Virus record (IMG/VR): IMGVR_UViG_2563366980_000004
Strand: one strand, 5' to 3'
DNA length: 45,423 nucleotides
DNA from: a virus
Taxonomy: Duplodnaviria > Heunggongvirae > Uroviricota > Caudoviricetes
This document shows, piece by piece, positions 16,651 to 26,833 of the stretch (positions within the stretch are counted from its first letter, which is position 1; each line of letters opens with the position of its first letter). The notes beneath the pieces are model-generated. The model ran no database searches. It was not told where the DNA came from and was given only the letters and a program-made list of their open reading frames with translations. The position numbers were made by a program, and so were the translations under genes.

Positions 16651-16878
16651 ATGTTAATCAGAAGGGAAAAAGACATGCTAAAACAGCAAGATATGACAGA
16701 AACCGCCGCCGCAGTCCTTCATTTCTTACCTGCTGACAAGTGGGTAACGCCACGCATGATGACGAGAACTACCGGAGTAAGCGAAGCCCAGTGCCAGTTA
16801 ATACTGACTCAGTTAGTTCTGGCGGGTCTGGCGAAGGATAACGGCGGGTACGGGAATAAATTCAGACGCTGCCAGTAA
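16651..16878 (+). CDS. Hypothetical small protein (possibly winged-helix)
   Basis: 75-aa ORF; alternative ATG at 16675 has a better RBS; no family recognised. Confidence 0.4.
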   Translation: MLIRREKDMLKQQDMTETAAAVLHFLPADKWVTPRMMTRTTGVSEAQCQLILTQLVLAGLAKDNGGYGNKFRRCQ

Positions 16879-17028
16879 TGGCGGTTTCCTGCTGTGAAAA
16901 TGGGCGGCTGGTGGGTGTTGGTAGCACCTGCCAGCCATTCGCTCATGCTTACTGGTCACAAGCGAACCACGGCCCACTGCTTTAGCGCAAAAGCAGAGTG
17001 AGCCTACCAGAGTTACGCTTACTGATCC

Positions 17029-18081
17029 ATGAAAAATACTGTAAGAATAAACAGTGTTGATTTAATCAACGCTGATTGCCTGCATTTTATTCAGTCCCTG
17101 CCTGATGATTCCATTGACCTGATTGTTACCGATCCGCCGTACTTCAAGGTGAAACCCAACGGCTGGGACAATCAGTGGAAAGGGGACGAAGATTACCTTA
17201 AGTGGCTGGACCACTGTCTGGCCCAGTTCTGGCGGGTGTTAAAACCTGCCGGAAGCCTTTACCTGTTCTGTGGGCATCGTCTGGCATCTGATATTGAGGT
17301 CATGATGCGTGAACGTTTCAACGTGCTTAACCATATCATCTGGGCGAAGCCGTCCGGACGTTGGAATGGGTGTAATAAAGAAAGTCTGCGCGCATATTTT
17401 CCTGCCACAGAGCGCGTTCTGTTTGCTGAACATTACCAGGGGCCATATCGCGGCAAAAGTGACGGCTATGCGGCAAAAGAAAGGGAACTCAAACAGCACA
17501 TAATGGCACCGCTGATATCGTATTTCAGGGATGCTCGTGCCGAACTGGGTATAACGGCAAAACAAATTGCCGAAGCCACAGGTAAGAAAAATATGGTTTC
17601 CCACTGGTTTGGTGCCAGTCAGTGGCAGTTGCCGAATGAGGCTGACTATCGGAAGTTACAGGCACTGTTTTCCCGTATAGCGGCAGAGAAGTTTCAGGAA
17701 CAACAACTGGAACAACCACACCACCAGCTGGTGGCATCTTATGATTCACTGAATCGCAAATATTCTGAATTGCTGGATGAGTTTAAATCTCTCCGGCGCT
17801 ATTTCTCCGTATCAGTCTCCGTGCCTTATACCGATGTCTGGATGCATAAACCCGTTCAGTTCTACCCGGGTAAACATCCGTGTGAGAAACCGGCGGATAT
17901 GCTCAGGCAAATAATCAATGCCAGTAGTCGACCTGGTGATCTGGTTGCTGATTTTTTTATGGGATCCGGTTCCACAATAAAAGCAGCAATGGCGCTGGGG
18001 CGTCGGGCCTTAGGTGTTGAGCTTGAGTCAGAGCGGTTTAACCAGACAGTGAAAGAGATAAACGAGCTGGTGGGGAAATAA
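17029..18081 (+). CDS. DNA methyltransferase (N6-adenine/N4-cytosine class, DPPY motif)
   Basis: 350 aa; IVTDPPYF catalytic motif near the N-terminus and an AdoMet-binding-like FFMGSGST motif near the C-terminus; no adjacent restriction endonuclease. Confidence 0.85.
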
Positions 18082-18148
18082 TTTGGTGGCCACGTCAGGT
18101 GGCCTTTTTATTTCCATTACACAGCACCCGCATCTGCGAGGTGGGGTT

Positions 18149-18364
18149 ATGAAATCCATGGATAAGTTAACAACGGGTGTCGCCTATGGCACCTCAGCAG
18201 GTAGTGCCGGTTACTGGTTTTTACAGCTGCTCGATAAAGTCACGCCCTCACAGTGGGCAGCAATAGGTGTGCTGGGTAGCCTGGTATTTGGCCTGCTGAC
18301 GTACCTGACAAACCTTTATTTCAAGATTAAAGAAGATAAGCGCAAGGCTGCGAGAGGTGAATAA
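18149..18364 (+). CDS. S: Pinholin (phage-21 S21-type class II holin)
   Basis: 71 aa from [26 protein letters not shown]; two TM segments; GAGGTGGGG RBS; matches my recollection of S21. Confidence 0.85.
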
Positions 18365-18861
18365 TGCCTCCATCATTACGAAAAGCAGTTGCTGCTGCTA
18401 TTGGTGGCGGAGCAATTGCTATAGCATCAGTGTTAATCACTGGCCCAAGTGGTGACGATGGCCTGGAAGGTGTCAGCTACATACCATACAAAGATATCGT
18501 TGGCGTATGGACTGTATGTCACGGACACACCGGAAAAGACATCATGCTCGGTAAAACGTATACCGAAGCAGAATGCAAAGCCCTCCTGAATAAAGACCTT
18601 GCCACGGTTGCCAGACAAATTAACCCGTACATCAAAGTCGATATACCGGAAACAACGCGCGGCGCTCTTTACTCGTTCGTCTACAACGTGGGTGCTGGCA
18701 ATTTCAGAACATCGACGCTTCTTCGCAAAATAAACCAGGGCGATATCAAAGGCGCATGTGACCAGCTACGTCGCTGGATATACGCTGGCGGTAAGCAATG
18801 GAAAGGCCTGATGACTCGTCGTGAGATTGAGCGTGAAGTCTGTTTGTGGGGGCAACAATGA
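18364..18861 (+). CDS. R: SAR endolysin (phage-21 R-type lysozyme)
   Basis: N-terminal signal-anchor-release segment ([18 protein letters not shown]) followed by a lysozyme domain; ATGA overlap with the holin stop. Confidence 0.9.
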   Translation: MPPSLRKAVAAAIGGGAIAIASVLITGPSGDDGLEGVSYIPYKDIVGVWTVCHGHTGKDIMLGKTYTEAECKALLNKDLATVARQINPYIKVDIPETTRGALYSFVYNVGAGNFRTSTLLRKINQGDIKGACDQLRRWIYAGGKQWKGLMTRREIEREVCLWGQQ

Positions 18862-19325
18862 GCAGAGTAACCGCGATTATCTCCGCTCTGGTTATCTGCA
18901 TCATCGTCTGCCTGTCGTGGGCGGTCAATCATTACCGTGATAACGCCATCGCCTACAAAGAACAGCGAGATAAAAAAGTCAGTGAGCTGAAGCAGGCGAC
19001 CGCCACCATTACTGACATGCAGCAGCGCCAGCGTTCTGCTGATGCACTCGATGCTAAATACACGAAGGAGTTAGCTGATGCGAAAGCTGAAAATGATGCT
19101 CTTCGGCGCAAGCTTGATAATGGTGGTCGGGTGTTCGTCAAAGGAAAATGCCCTGTGCCATCCTCAGCCGAAACCTCCAGCGCCTCCGGCATGGGCAATG
19201 ATGCCACCGTCGAACTCTCTCCAGTTGCTGGACGAAACGTTCTCGGTATCCGGGACGGAATTATCCGCGACCAAACAGCACTGAGAACGCTTCAGGAATA
19301 CATCAGGACGCAATGCCTTCGATGA
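18858..19325 (+). CDS. Rz: Rz i-spanin
   Basis: N-terminal TM ([18 protein letters not shown]) and coiled-coil periplasmic domain; ATGA overlap with R. Confidence 0.8.
   Translation: MSRVTAIISALVICIIVCLSWAVNHYRDNAIAYKEQRDKKVSELKQATATITDMQQRQRSADALDAKYTKELADAKAENDALRRKLDNGGRVFVKGKCPVPSSAETSSASGMGNDATVELSPVAGRNVLGIRDGIIRDQTALRTLQEYIRTQCLR
19078..19284 (+). CDS. Rz1: Rz1 o-spanin (embedded in Rz, +1 frame)
   Basis: Lipoprotein signal (LIMVVGCSS) and Pro-rich mature region entirely within Rz. Confidence 0.7.
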   Translation: MRKLKMMLFGASLIMVVGCSSKENALCHPQPKPPAPPAWAMMPPSNSLQLLDETFSVSGTELSATKQH

Positions 19326-19489
19326 TAGCGATAATTTTACTCATCATCCTCCACATCTGGCTCTGTAGACAGGATGGTGATCACTTCTGGAGTGAATCCA
19401 GATTAAACATCTCATTGCTGATGCTTGATATTGAGCATCTTGCGCGCGGTAAGGGGCTGCGTTGAGATAAGAGCCAGTCATTACAAATA

Positions 19490-19514
19490 CCAGGATTTAG
19501 CCTCGCATTCGCGG
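19490..19514 (+). terminator. Terminator-like hairpin after the lysis genes
   Basis: GCCTCGC-ATTC-GCGGGGC (one mismatch) followed by TTTTTA. Confidence 0.4.
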
Positions 19515-19516
19515 GG

Positions 19517-19560
19517 CTTTTTATTGCCATTATCAAAGCCACTCCCTACAGAGTGGCTTT
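19517..19560. repeat. Perfect 19-bp inverted repeat with 6-nt loop
   Basis: GCCATTATCAAAGCCACTC - CCTACA - GAGTGGCTTTGATAATGGC. Confidence 0.5.
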
Positions 19561-19954
19561 GATAATGGCTTATACCCTACACGGGATAGCTTAACTGATA
19601 TCCCTTTTAACGGATAAAGGTATTCAAGCCTGACACATCATGCGCTGTATCGTCGCCGTATTCCCGTATTAACAGAGACCGTAGCCCGACGGGGAACTCC
19701 TTCTGCGCGAGTGTGCGGGAATAATCAAAAACGATGCACACCGGGTTTTTACCGCGTTTATGGTTCGCGGGTTTGTCCCTCATGCTCGCCAGTCCTGTGC
19801 GGGGGTGGAAGAAACAGGACACTTACACAGATTCTTGTGGGCACGATGCTATGCCTTTCTGGATTATCCCGATGCCATTCATGCAAGGCGTTGTATCAGA
19901 CGTTCGTCAGAGCTGTCAGGCTGACGGGTCCTCCCGGTGGGGTGGCCTGCCACG

Positions 19955-19966
19955 GGGCGGGAGCGT
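19955..19966. other. cosN-like site (putative 12-nt cohesive end GGGCGGGAGCGT), with cosB-like repeats downstream
   Basis: ACGGGGCGGGAGCGTCGCGG closely resembles lambda cos (ACGGGGCGGCGACCTCGCGGG as recalled); about 180 bp upstream of the small terminase; GTCGAA/TTCGAC repeats between. Confidence 0.5.
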
Positions 19967-20140
19967 CGCGGAAAAAGGCTAGTTTTTGCATTTTTATCGG
20001 CCACCATCATCTTTGCATCTTATTGATTATTAATGGTTGTTTGTTTTTTGTATGTCGAATTGAGTGTTTTTTGTTCGACATCGAACGCGTTTTCTTAAAG
20101 TTGTTCGCACGATGCATGTTTAAAGCTCTCCGGAGGAAAT

Positions 20141-20632
20141 ATGGATCATGAGTTGAAAAAACTGGTGCTGAATATTAATCAACTGGCGGCTTTATCTGGT
20201 CTGCACCGCCAGACTGTCGTGGCAAGACTGAAAAACATTCGTCCCGCTGGTGGACATGACAAACTCAAGCTATACCGGTTGACCGATATTCTGACTGAAT
20301 TTATGGGGTTACCACCGCCGGTTGCTGAGGGCGAAATGGATCCACATGAACGCAAAGCCTGGTATCAGTCTGAACGTGAGCGTCTTAAGTTCGAACAGGA
20401 AACGGCACAACTCATTCCGGCCAGTGATGTCAGACGGGAGTTTGCCATCTGGGCAAAAGCGGTCGTGCAGGTGCTGGAGACATTACCGGATATTCTGGAA
20501 CGTGACTGTGGTCTGCAGCCTGCCGCTGTGAGCCGTGTTCAGTCCATTATTGATGATCTGCGCGATCAGATAGCCCTGCGGGTGACCGAAGCAGGTGCGG
20601 ATGATGAGGAGGAATTACAGCAGGAGGAGTAA
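20141..20632 (+). CDS. Terminase small subunit (Nu1-like, N-terminal HTH)
   Basis: 163 aa; N-terminal HTH (LNINQLAALSGLHRQTVVARL); acidic C-terminus; first gene after cos. Confidence 0.75.
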   Translation: MDHELKKLVLNINQLAALSGLHRQTVVARLKNIRPAGGHDKLKLYRLTDILTEFMGLPPPVAEGEMDPHERKAWYQSERERLKFEQETAQLIPASDVRREFAIWAKAVVQVLETLPDILERDCGLQPAAVSRVQSIIDDLRDQIALRVTEAGADDEEELQQEE

Positions 20633-22734
20633 TGCTGAATCAGGAAACCGCAAAGGCAGCACGAACCGATTCAGGTTATATCCTTCGCGCACCGAGACGA
20701 ATGCGGGTTGCTGATGCCGTTGCTCAGTATATGCGGGTGCCCATGGGGGCAGGGAACTCAGTCCCGTGGGATCCGCTGGTGGCACCGTATGTTATTGAGC
20801 CGATGAACTGCCTGGCCTCGCGTGAATACGACGCAGTGATATTTGTTGGCCCGGCACGAACCGGCAAGACTATCGGCCTGATTGACGGCTGGGTGATTTA
20901 CAACGTGATTTGCGATCCTGCGGATATGCTGATCATTCAGATGACGGAGGAAAAAGCCCGCGAACACTCCAAAAAACGACTCGCCAGAACGTTTCGCGTC
21001 AGCCCGGAAGTGGTCAGTCGCCTGAGTCCGAACAAAAATGACAACAACGTTTATGACAGAACATTCCTTGCTGGCAACTACCTGAAAATCGGCTGGCCGT
21101 CAGTCAATATCATGTCCTCATCAGATTATAAATGCGTGGCGCTGACGGATTATGACCGTTTTCCGGAAGATATTGATGGCGAGGGGGATGCCTTCTCTCT
21201 TGCCTCAAAACGTACCACCACATTTATGTCCAGTGGTATGACGCTGGTGGAGAGTTCCCCCGGCAGGGATGTGAAGGATGTGAAATGGCGACGGACTTCA
21301 CCGCATGAGGCTCCACCAACCACGGGGATACTGTCGCTCTATAACCGTGGCGATCGCCGTCGCTGGTACTGGCCCTGTCCACACTGTGGTGAGTATTTTC
21401 AGCCCTGCGGCGATGTGGTTGCTGGTTTCCGTGATATTGCCGATCCCGTGCTGGCAAGTGAGGCGGCTTATATTCAGTGTCCTTCCTGTTCAGGACGGAT
21501 TATGCCTGAACAAAAACGCGAGCTGAACGGACGTGGGGTCTGGTTGCGGGATGGTGAATCCATCAATGCGGATGGCAGTCGTTATGGTGATCCCCGACGC
21601 TCACGTATTGCGTCATTCTGGATGGAGGGTCCGGCAGCTGCTTACCAGACACTCTCGCAACTCGTTTACAAACTGCTTACTGCAGAACAGGAATACGAGA
21701 CAACCGGAAGTGAAGAAACACTCAAGACGGTTATCAATACCGACTGGGGATTACCTTATCTTCCCCGTGCCAGCATGGAGCAACGAAAAAGTGAACTGCT
21801 TGAGCAGCGGGCAGAGCCAGTTCCTTCCCGCAGTGTGCCGGATGGCGTTAATTTCCTTGTGGCGACAGTGGATGTGCAGGCGGGACGTCATCGCCGTTTT
21901 GTGGTTCAGGTAACGGGCTATGGCAGCCGTGGCGAACGCTGGATTATTGATCGTTACAACATCACGCAGTCATTGCGCGGTGACAGCGACGGGGAGAGCC
22001 AGCGAATTGATCCGGCCAGCTATCCGGAAGACTGGGATGTCCTGCTGACGGATGTTTTTCATAAAAGCTGGCCGCTGGCCTCCGATCCTTCTCAACAAAT
22101 GCGACTGATGGCAATGGCGGTGGACTCCGGCGGTGAAGACGGGGTCACTGATAATGCCTATAAATTCTGGCGTCGTTGCCGTCGTGATGGCCTTGGTAAA
22201 CGTATTTACCTGTTTAAGGGCGACAGCATCCGGCGCGCAAAACTGATCACCCGTACATTCCCTGATAACACCGGACGAACAGGCCGACGGGCGCAGGCCG
22301 CAGGTGATGTGCCGCTCTGGCTTCTTCAGACGGATGCCCTGAAAGACCGGGTGAATAACGCGTTATGGCGTGACTCTCCAGGTCCCGGCTATGTGCATTT
22401 CCCTGACTGGCTGGGGAGCTGGTTTTACGACGAACTGACGTATGAAGAGCGGAGTAGTGACGGGAAATGGAGTAAGCCGGGTCGCGGTGCCAACGAAGCT
22501 TTTGACCTGATGGTGTATGCCGAGGCTCTGGTCATTCTGCATGGATACGAAAAGATCCGCTGGCCGGATGCACCGGGGTGGGCGAGCCGGGAAACCTGGC
22601 TGGAGTGTGTCCCGGACAGTACCGAACCGTCACCCTCACCGGAACCGGTATCCACGCCTGTTAAAAAACAAAAACGGAAGAAAACAGTAACTGACGATGT
22701 TAACCCCTGGCTGACTTCCGGAGGATGGTTATGA
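20632..22734 (+). CDS. Terminase large subunit (GpA-like)
   Basis: 700 aa; Walker A (VGPARTGKT), large N-terminal ATPase and C-terminal nuclease regions. Confidence 0.9.
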   Translation: MLNQETAKAARTDSGYILRAPRRMRVADAVAQYMRVPMGAGNSVPWDPLVAPYVIEPMNCLASREYDAVIFVGPARTGKTIGLIDGWVIYNVICDPADMLIIQMTEEKAREHSKKRLARTFRVSPEVVSRLSPNKNDNNVYDRTFLAGNYLKIGWPSVNIMSSSDYKCVALTDYDRFPEDIDGEGDAFSLASKRTTTFMSSGMTLVESSPGRDVKDVKWRRTSPHEAPPTTGILSLYNRGDRRRWYWPCPHCGEYFQPCGDVVAGFRDIADPVLASEAAYIQCPSCSGRIMPEQKRELNGRGVWLRDGESINADGSRYGDPRRSRIASFWMEGPAAAYQTLSQLVYKLLTAEQEYETTGSEETLKTVINTDWGLPYLPRASMEQRKSELLEQRAEPVPSRSVPDGVNFLVATVDVQAGRHRRFVVQVTGYGSRGERWIIDRYNITQSLRGDSDGESQRIDPASYPEDWDVLLTDVFHKSWPLASDPSQQMRLMAMAVDSGGEDGVTDNAYKFWRRCRRDGLGKRIYLFKGDSIRRAKLITRTFPDNTGRTGRRAQAAGDVPLWLLQTDALKDRVNNALWRDSPGPGYVHFPDWLGSWFYDELTYEERSSDGKWSKPGRGANEAFDLMVYAEALVILHGYEKIRWPDAPGWASRETWLECVPDSTEPSPSPEPVSTPVKKQKRKKTVTDDVNPWLTSGGWL

Positions 22735-22943
22735 ACCAGAATGATATCGAAGCCATGATTCAGCGTTATACGGAAGCTGAAATGGCGGTGCTGGACGGAA
22801 AATCCGTCACCTTTAATGGTCAGCAGATGACCATGGAAAACTTATCTGAGATCCGGCAGGGACGGCAGGAGTGGGAGCGCCGCCTTGCGGCTCTGATTAC
22901 ACGACGACGGGGGCATCCCGGGTACCGGCTGGCGAGGTTCTGA
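22731..22943 (+). CDS. W: Head-tail joining protein (gpW-like)
   Basis: About 70 aa; ATGA overlap with terminase stop; RRRGHPGY C-terminal motif resembles lambda W. Confidence 0.7.
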   Translation: MNQNDIEAMIQRYTEAEMAVLDGKSVTFNGQQMTMENLSEIRQGRQEWERRLAALITRRRGHPGYRLARF

Positions 22944-24451
22944 TGGCAATTCTTGATGATGTGATTGGCGTTTTTTCACCAGGATGGAAAGCGGCAAGGC
23001 TGCGTTCCCGTGCGGTGATCCAGGCTTATGAGGCCGTAAAAACGACGCGGACACACAAAGCCCGGCGGGAAAACCGAACTGCCGACCAGTTAAGCCAGTA
23101 CGGGGCCGTGTCGTTACGTGAGCAGGCCCGTTACCTTGATAACAACCACGATCTGGTTATTGGTGTATTTGACAAGCTGGAAGAACGGGTGGTGGGGAAA
23201 AACGGGATTATTGTCGAGCCACATCCGGTATTACGCAATGGGGCCATTGCCCGTGATCTGGCAGCAGAGATACGCACCCGATGGAGTGAATGGTCTGTCA
23301 GTCCGGAAGTCACCGGGCAGTTTACCCGTCCGATGCTGGAACGTCTGATGCTGCGTACCTGGCTGCGCGATGGTGAGGTGTTTGCCCAGATGGTTTCCGG
23401 GCGCATAAACAGCCTGACGCCTTCTGCCGGTGTTCATTTCTGGCTGGAGGCGCTCGAGCCGGACTTTATTCCCATGACCAGTGATGAGAGCAACAGGCTG
23501 AATCAGGGCGTGTTTGTTGATGACTGGGGGCGTCCCGAAAAATATCTGGTGTATAAAAGCCGTCCCGTATCCGGGCGGCAGATGGAAACCAAAGAAGTGG
23601 ATGCAGAGCGAATGCTGCATCTTAAATTTGTTCGCCGTCTGCACCAGATGCGCGGGACGTCTTTGTTGTCCGGTGTGCTGATCCGCCTCAGTGCCCTGAA
23701 AGAGTATGAAGATTCTGAGCTGACTGCAGCAAGGATCGCCGCTGCTCTGGGGATGTACATCCGGAAAGGCGACGGGCAGAGCTATGAACCGGATGGTAAT
23801 GGCAGCAAGGAGAATGAACGCGAGCTTACCATTCAGCCAGGCATTATTTACGACGATCTGAAACCCGGCGAAGAAATCGGAATGGTGAAGTCGGATCGTC
23901 CCAATCCTAACCTTGAAACTTTTCGTAATGGTCAGTTGCGTGCCGTGGCGGCGGGCAGTCGTCTGAGTTTTTCCAGTACGGCACGCAACTATAACGGCAC
24001 TTACAGCGCCCAGCGTCAGGAGCTGGTTGAATCCACTGATGGCTACCTGATCCTGCAGGACTGGTTTATTGGTGCCGTCACCCGCCCGATGTATCGTGCC
24101 TGGCTGAAACAGGCTGTGGCATCCGGTGTTATCAGGCTACCCCGCGATCTTGACCGTTCTTCACTGTATACCGCGGTGTATTCCGGACCGGTGATGCCGT
24201 GGATTGACCCTGTTAAGGAGGCTGAGGCCTGGAAAATTCAGATTCGTGGCGGAGCGGCGACAGAATCAGACTGGGTACGTGCAGGTGGTCGTAATCCGGA
24301 TGATGTCAAACGTCGGCGCAAGGCAGAAATTGATGAAAACCGCAAGCTGGATCTGGTATTTGATACCGATCCGGCCAGTGATAAAGGAGGCAGCAGTGCC
24401 GCAACGAAACGACAGGAGCCGCAGCACACCGACGACCAGTCCGAAGAATAA
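22943..24451 (+). CDS. B: Portal protein (lambda gpB family)
   Basis: 503 aa from MAILDD (TGATG overlap with W); size and position typical of lambda-family portal. Confidence 0.9.
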   Translation: MAILDDVIGVFSPGWKAARLRSRAVIQAYEAVKTTRTHKARRENRTADQLSQYGAVSLREQARYLDNNHDLVIGVFDKLEERVVGKNGIIVEPHPVLRNGAIARDLAAEIRTRWSEWSVSPEVTGQFTRPMLERLMLRTWLRDGEVFAQMVSGRINSLTPSAGVHFWLEALEPDFIPMTSDESNRLNQGVFVDDWGRPEKYLVYKSRPVSGRQMETKEVDAERMLHLKFVRRLHQMRGTSLLSGVLIRLSALKEYEDSELTAARIAAALGMYIRKGDGQSYEPDGNGSKENERELTIQPGIIYDDLKPGEEIGMVKSDRPNPNLETFRNGQLRAVAAGSRLSFSSTARNYNGTYSAQRQELVESTDGYLILQDWFIGAVTRPMYRAWLKQAVASGVIRLPRDLDRSSLYTAVYSGPVMPWIDPVKEAEAWKIQIRGGAATESDWVRAGGRNPDDVKRRRKAEIDENRKLDLVFDTDPASDKGGSSAATKRQEPQHTDDQSEE

Positions 24452-26423
24452 TTCCTGGTTCAGGATGCAGGCTGGTCACCAGAGTGACGCGGATATTTAT
24501 ATTTATGACGAGATTGGTTTCTGGGGTGTTACAGCGAAGCAGTTTATCAGTGATCTGAATGCACTGGGCGATATCACCCACATTAATCTCCATATCAATT
24601 CACCGGGTGGCGATGTCTTTGAAGGCATCGCCATTTTTAATGCGCTGAAAACACATGGTGCGTCCATTACCGTTTATGTCGACGGTGTGGCGGCGTCAAT
24701 GGCGTCGGTCATTGCGATGGTGGGAAACCCGGTCATTATGCCGGAAAACACCTTCATGATGATTCATAAACCATTTGGCTTTACGGGCGGTGATGCGGAG
24801 GACATGCGCACCTATGCCGACCTGCTCGATAAGGTTGAGGCGGTTCTGTTACCCGCTTATGCACAGAAAACCGGGAAAACCACCGATGAAATTGCTGCCA
24901 TGCTGGCGGATGAGACCTGGATGTCCGGTGCCGAATGTCTGGCACATGGATTTGCTGATCAGGTGACGCCAGCCGTTAAGGCAATGGCATGTATTCAGTC
25001 AAAACGTACAGAGGAATTTAAAAAGATGCCGGAATCCATTCGAAACATGATTACTCCGCCACGCAACAGTGCTCCACGCGTACAGGATGATGAACCTGCA
25101 GCCTCCCGGACGCCAGTGCAGGCAGCAGCACCCGTGGTGGATGAAAACAGTATCCGTGCGCAGGTACTGGCAGAGCAAAAAGCGCGTGTAAACGGTATTA
25201 ATGATCTGTTTGCCATGTTTGGCGGGCGTTATCAGACGCTACAGGCTCAGTGTCTTGCCGATCCTGAATGTTCGCTGGAGCAGGCCCGCGAAAAGCTGTT
25301 GAACGAGATGGGGCGCGAGTCCACGCCATCCAATAAAAATACCCCGGCTCATATTTATGCCGGTAACGGTAATTTTGTGGGGGACGGGATCCGCCAGGCG
25401 CTGATGGCGCGTGCCGGATTTGAAAAAACCGAACGTGATAATGTCTACAACGGGATGACCCTGCGTGAATATGCCCGTATGTCACTGACTGAACGGGGTA
25501 TTGGGGTTTCCAGTTATAACCCGATGCAGATGGTCGGTGCGGCGTTCACACACAGTACGTCTGACTTCGGTAATATTCTGCTGGATGTTGCGAACAAAGC
25601 CATTCTGCAGGGCTGGGAAGATGCTCCTGAAACCTATGAACAGTGGACGCGGAAAGGTCAGTTGTCTGATTTTAAAATTGCCCATCGTGTGGGTATGGGG
25701 GGCTTCAGTGCTCTGCGTCAGGTGCGTGAAGGGGCGGAATATAAATACGTCACCACCGGAGATAAACAGGCCACTATTGCACTGGCGACCTATGGCGAGC
25801 TGTTCAGTATCACCCGTCAGGCCATTATCAATGATGATCTGAATATGCTGACCGATGTCCCGATGAAACTGGGCCGTGCGGCGAAATCCACTATTGCCGA
25901 TCTGGTTTATGCCATTCTGACGTCTAACCCGAAAATCTCCACAGATAATGTAAGTCTGTTCGATAAAGCGAAACATGCAAACGTACTGGAGAGCGCTGCA
26001 ATGGACGTGGCATCGCTGGATAAAGCCCGCCAGTTGATGCGCGTTCAGAAAGAGGGGGAGCGTCATCTGAATATTCGTCCTGCGTTCGTACTGGTACCGA
26101 CGGCGATGGAGTCTGTTGCTAACCAGGTCATTCGCTCCTCAAGTGTCAAGGGGGCTGACATTAACGCCGGTATTATTAACCCGGTGAAAGATTTTGCGAC
26201 CGTTATTGCAGAGCCTCGTCTTGATGATAACAGCCAGACCACCTTCTACCTGGCTGCGTCAAAAGGCTCCGATACAATTGAAGTGGCTTATCTCAACGGT
26301 GTGGATACGCCATATATTGATCAGATGGAGGGCTTCAGTGTGGATGGCGTGACAACGAAAGTGCGTATTGACGCCGGTGTCGCGCCAGTTGATCACCGCG
26401 GTCTGGTGAAATGTACGGCGTAA
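24396..26423 (+). CDS. Prohead protease (ClpP/S49-like) fused to major capsid protein
   Basis: GTG 24396 with AAGGAGG RBS (alternative ATG 24465); N-terminal ClpP-like protease region (DEIGFWG...HINSPGGDVFEGIAIFNAL...MASVIAM), central Ala/Pro-rich linker, C-terminal capsid-like region. Confidence 0.8.
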   Translation: MPQRNDRSRSTPTTSPKNNSWFRMQAGHQSDADIYIYDEIGFWGVTAKQFISDLNALGDITHINLHINSPGGDVFEGIAIFNALKTHGASITVYVDGVAASMASVIAMVGNPVIMPENTFMMIHKPFGFTGGDAEDMRTYADLLDKVEAVLLPAYAQKTGKTTDEIAAMLADETWMSGAECLAHGFADQVTPAVKAMACIQSKRTEEFKKMPESIRNMITPPRNSAPRVQDDEPAASRTPVQAAAPVVDENSIRAQVLAEQKARVNGINDLFAMFGGRYQTLQAQCLADPECSLEQAREKLLNEMGRESTPSNKNTPAHIYAGNGNFVGDGIRQALMARAGFEKTERDNVYNGMTLREYARMSLTERGIGVSSYNPMQMVGAAFTHSTSDFGNILLDVANKAILQGWEDAPETYEQWTRKGQLSDFKIAHRVGMGGFSALRQVREGAEYKYVTTGDKQATIALATYGELFSITRQAIINDDLNMLTDVPMKLGRAAKSTIADLVYAILTSNPKISTDNVSLFDKAKHANVLESAAMDVASLDKARQLMRVQKEGERHLNIRPAFVLVPTAMESVANQVIRSSSVKGADINAGIINPVKDFATVIAEPRLDDNSQTTFYLAASKGSDTIEVAYLNGVDTPYIDQMEGFSVDGVTTKVRIDAGVAPVDHRGLVKCTA

Positions 26424-26447
26424 ACGTCGCAGACAACAACTCTGATG

Positions 26448-26466
26448 GCCCGTAAGGGCTTTTTTT
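26448..26466 (+). terminator. Intrinsic terminator after the capsid gene
   Basis: GCCC-GTAA-GGGC followed by seven T. Confidence 0.55.
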
Positions 26467-26509
26467 GTACCTGAAATCAGCCCCTGAACGGGGCTGTGCG
26501 GAGACAGTT

Positions 26510-26833
26510 ATGGCAAAGAATTTTGTAGAAGAAGGAAAAACGGTGGCGATTGTTGCCAGTGCAGCCATCAGCAGCGGAGATCTGGTGCAGGTGGGTGATG
26601 TTTTTGCGGTGGCGCTGACCGATATTCCACAGGGTGAAACAGGCGACGGCATGACCGAAGGTGTGTTTATGCTGCCTAAGCTGAAAACGGATGACATGAA
26701 AACGGGTAAGAAGGTTTATCTGAAGTCCGGAAAAGTTCAGCTGACTAACAGCGGCTCTGATCCGCTGGTCGGGGTTGTCTGGGCAGATGCCGGAACCAGT
26801 GCAGAAGAAGTGCCGGTAAAACTCAATGTCTGA
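26510..26833 (+). CDS. Small head protein (decoration or packaging protein; tentative)
   Basis: 107 aa from MAKNFVEEGK; position directly after the capsid gene. Confidence 0.55.
   Translation: MAKNFVEEGKTVAIVASAAISSGDLVQVGDVFAVALTDIPQGETGDGMTEGVFMLPKLKTDDMKTGKKVYLKSGKVQLTNSGSDPLVGVVWADAGTSAEEVPVKLNV

Noticed and set aside
19607-20151. ORFs 19607..19822 (-), 19711..20151 (+) and 19734..19982 (+) in the Rz-to-terminase spacer
   Set aside because: They span the cos region and hairpins, lack RBSs and family resemblance (no lipoprotein signal as a bor-like gene would have); the region is better explained as cos plus regulatory DNA, though a small gene cannot be fully excluded.
24238-24593. Minus-strand ORFs overlapping the portal/protease junction
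   Set aside because: Antisense to strongly supported head genes; no independent support.
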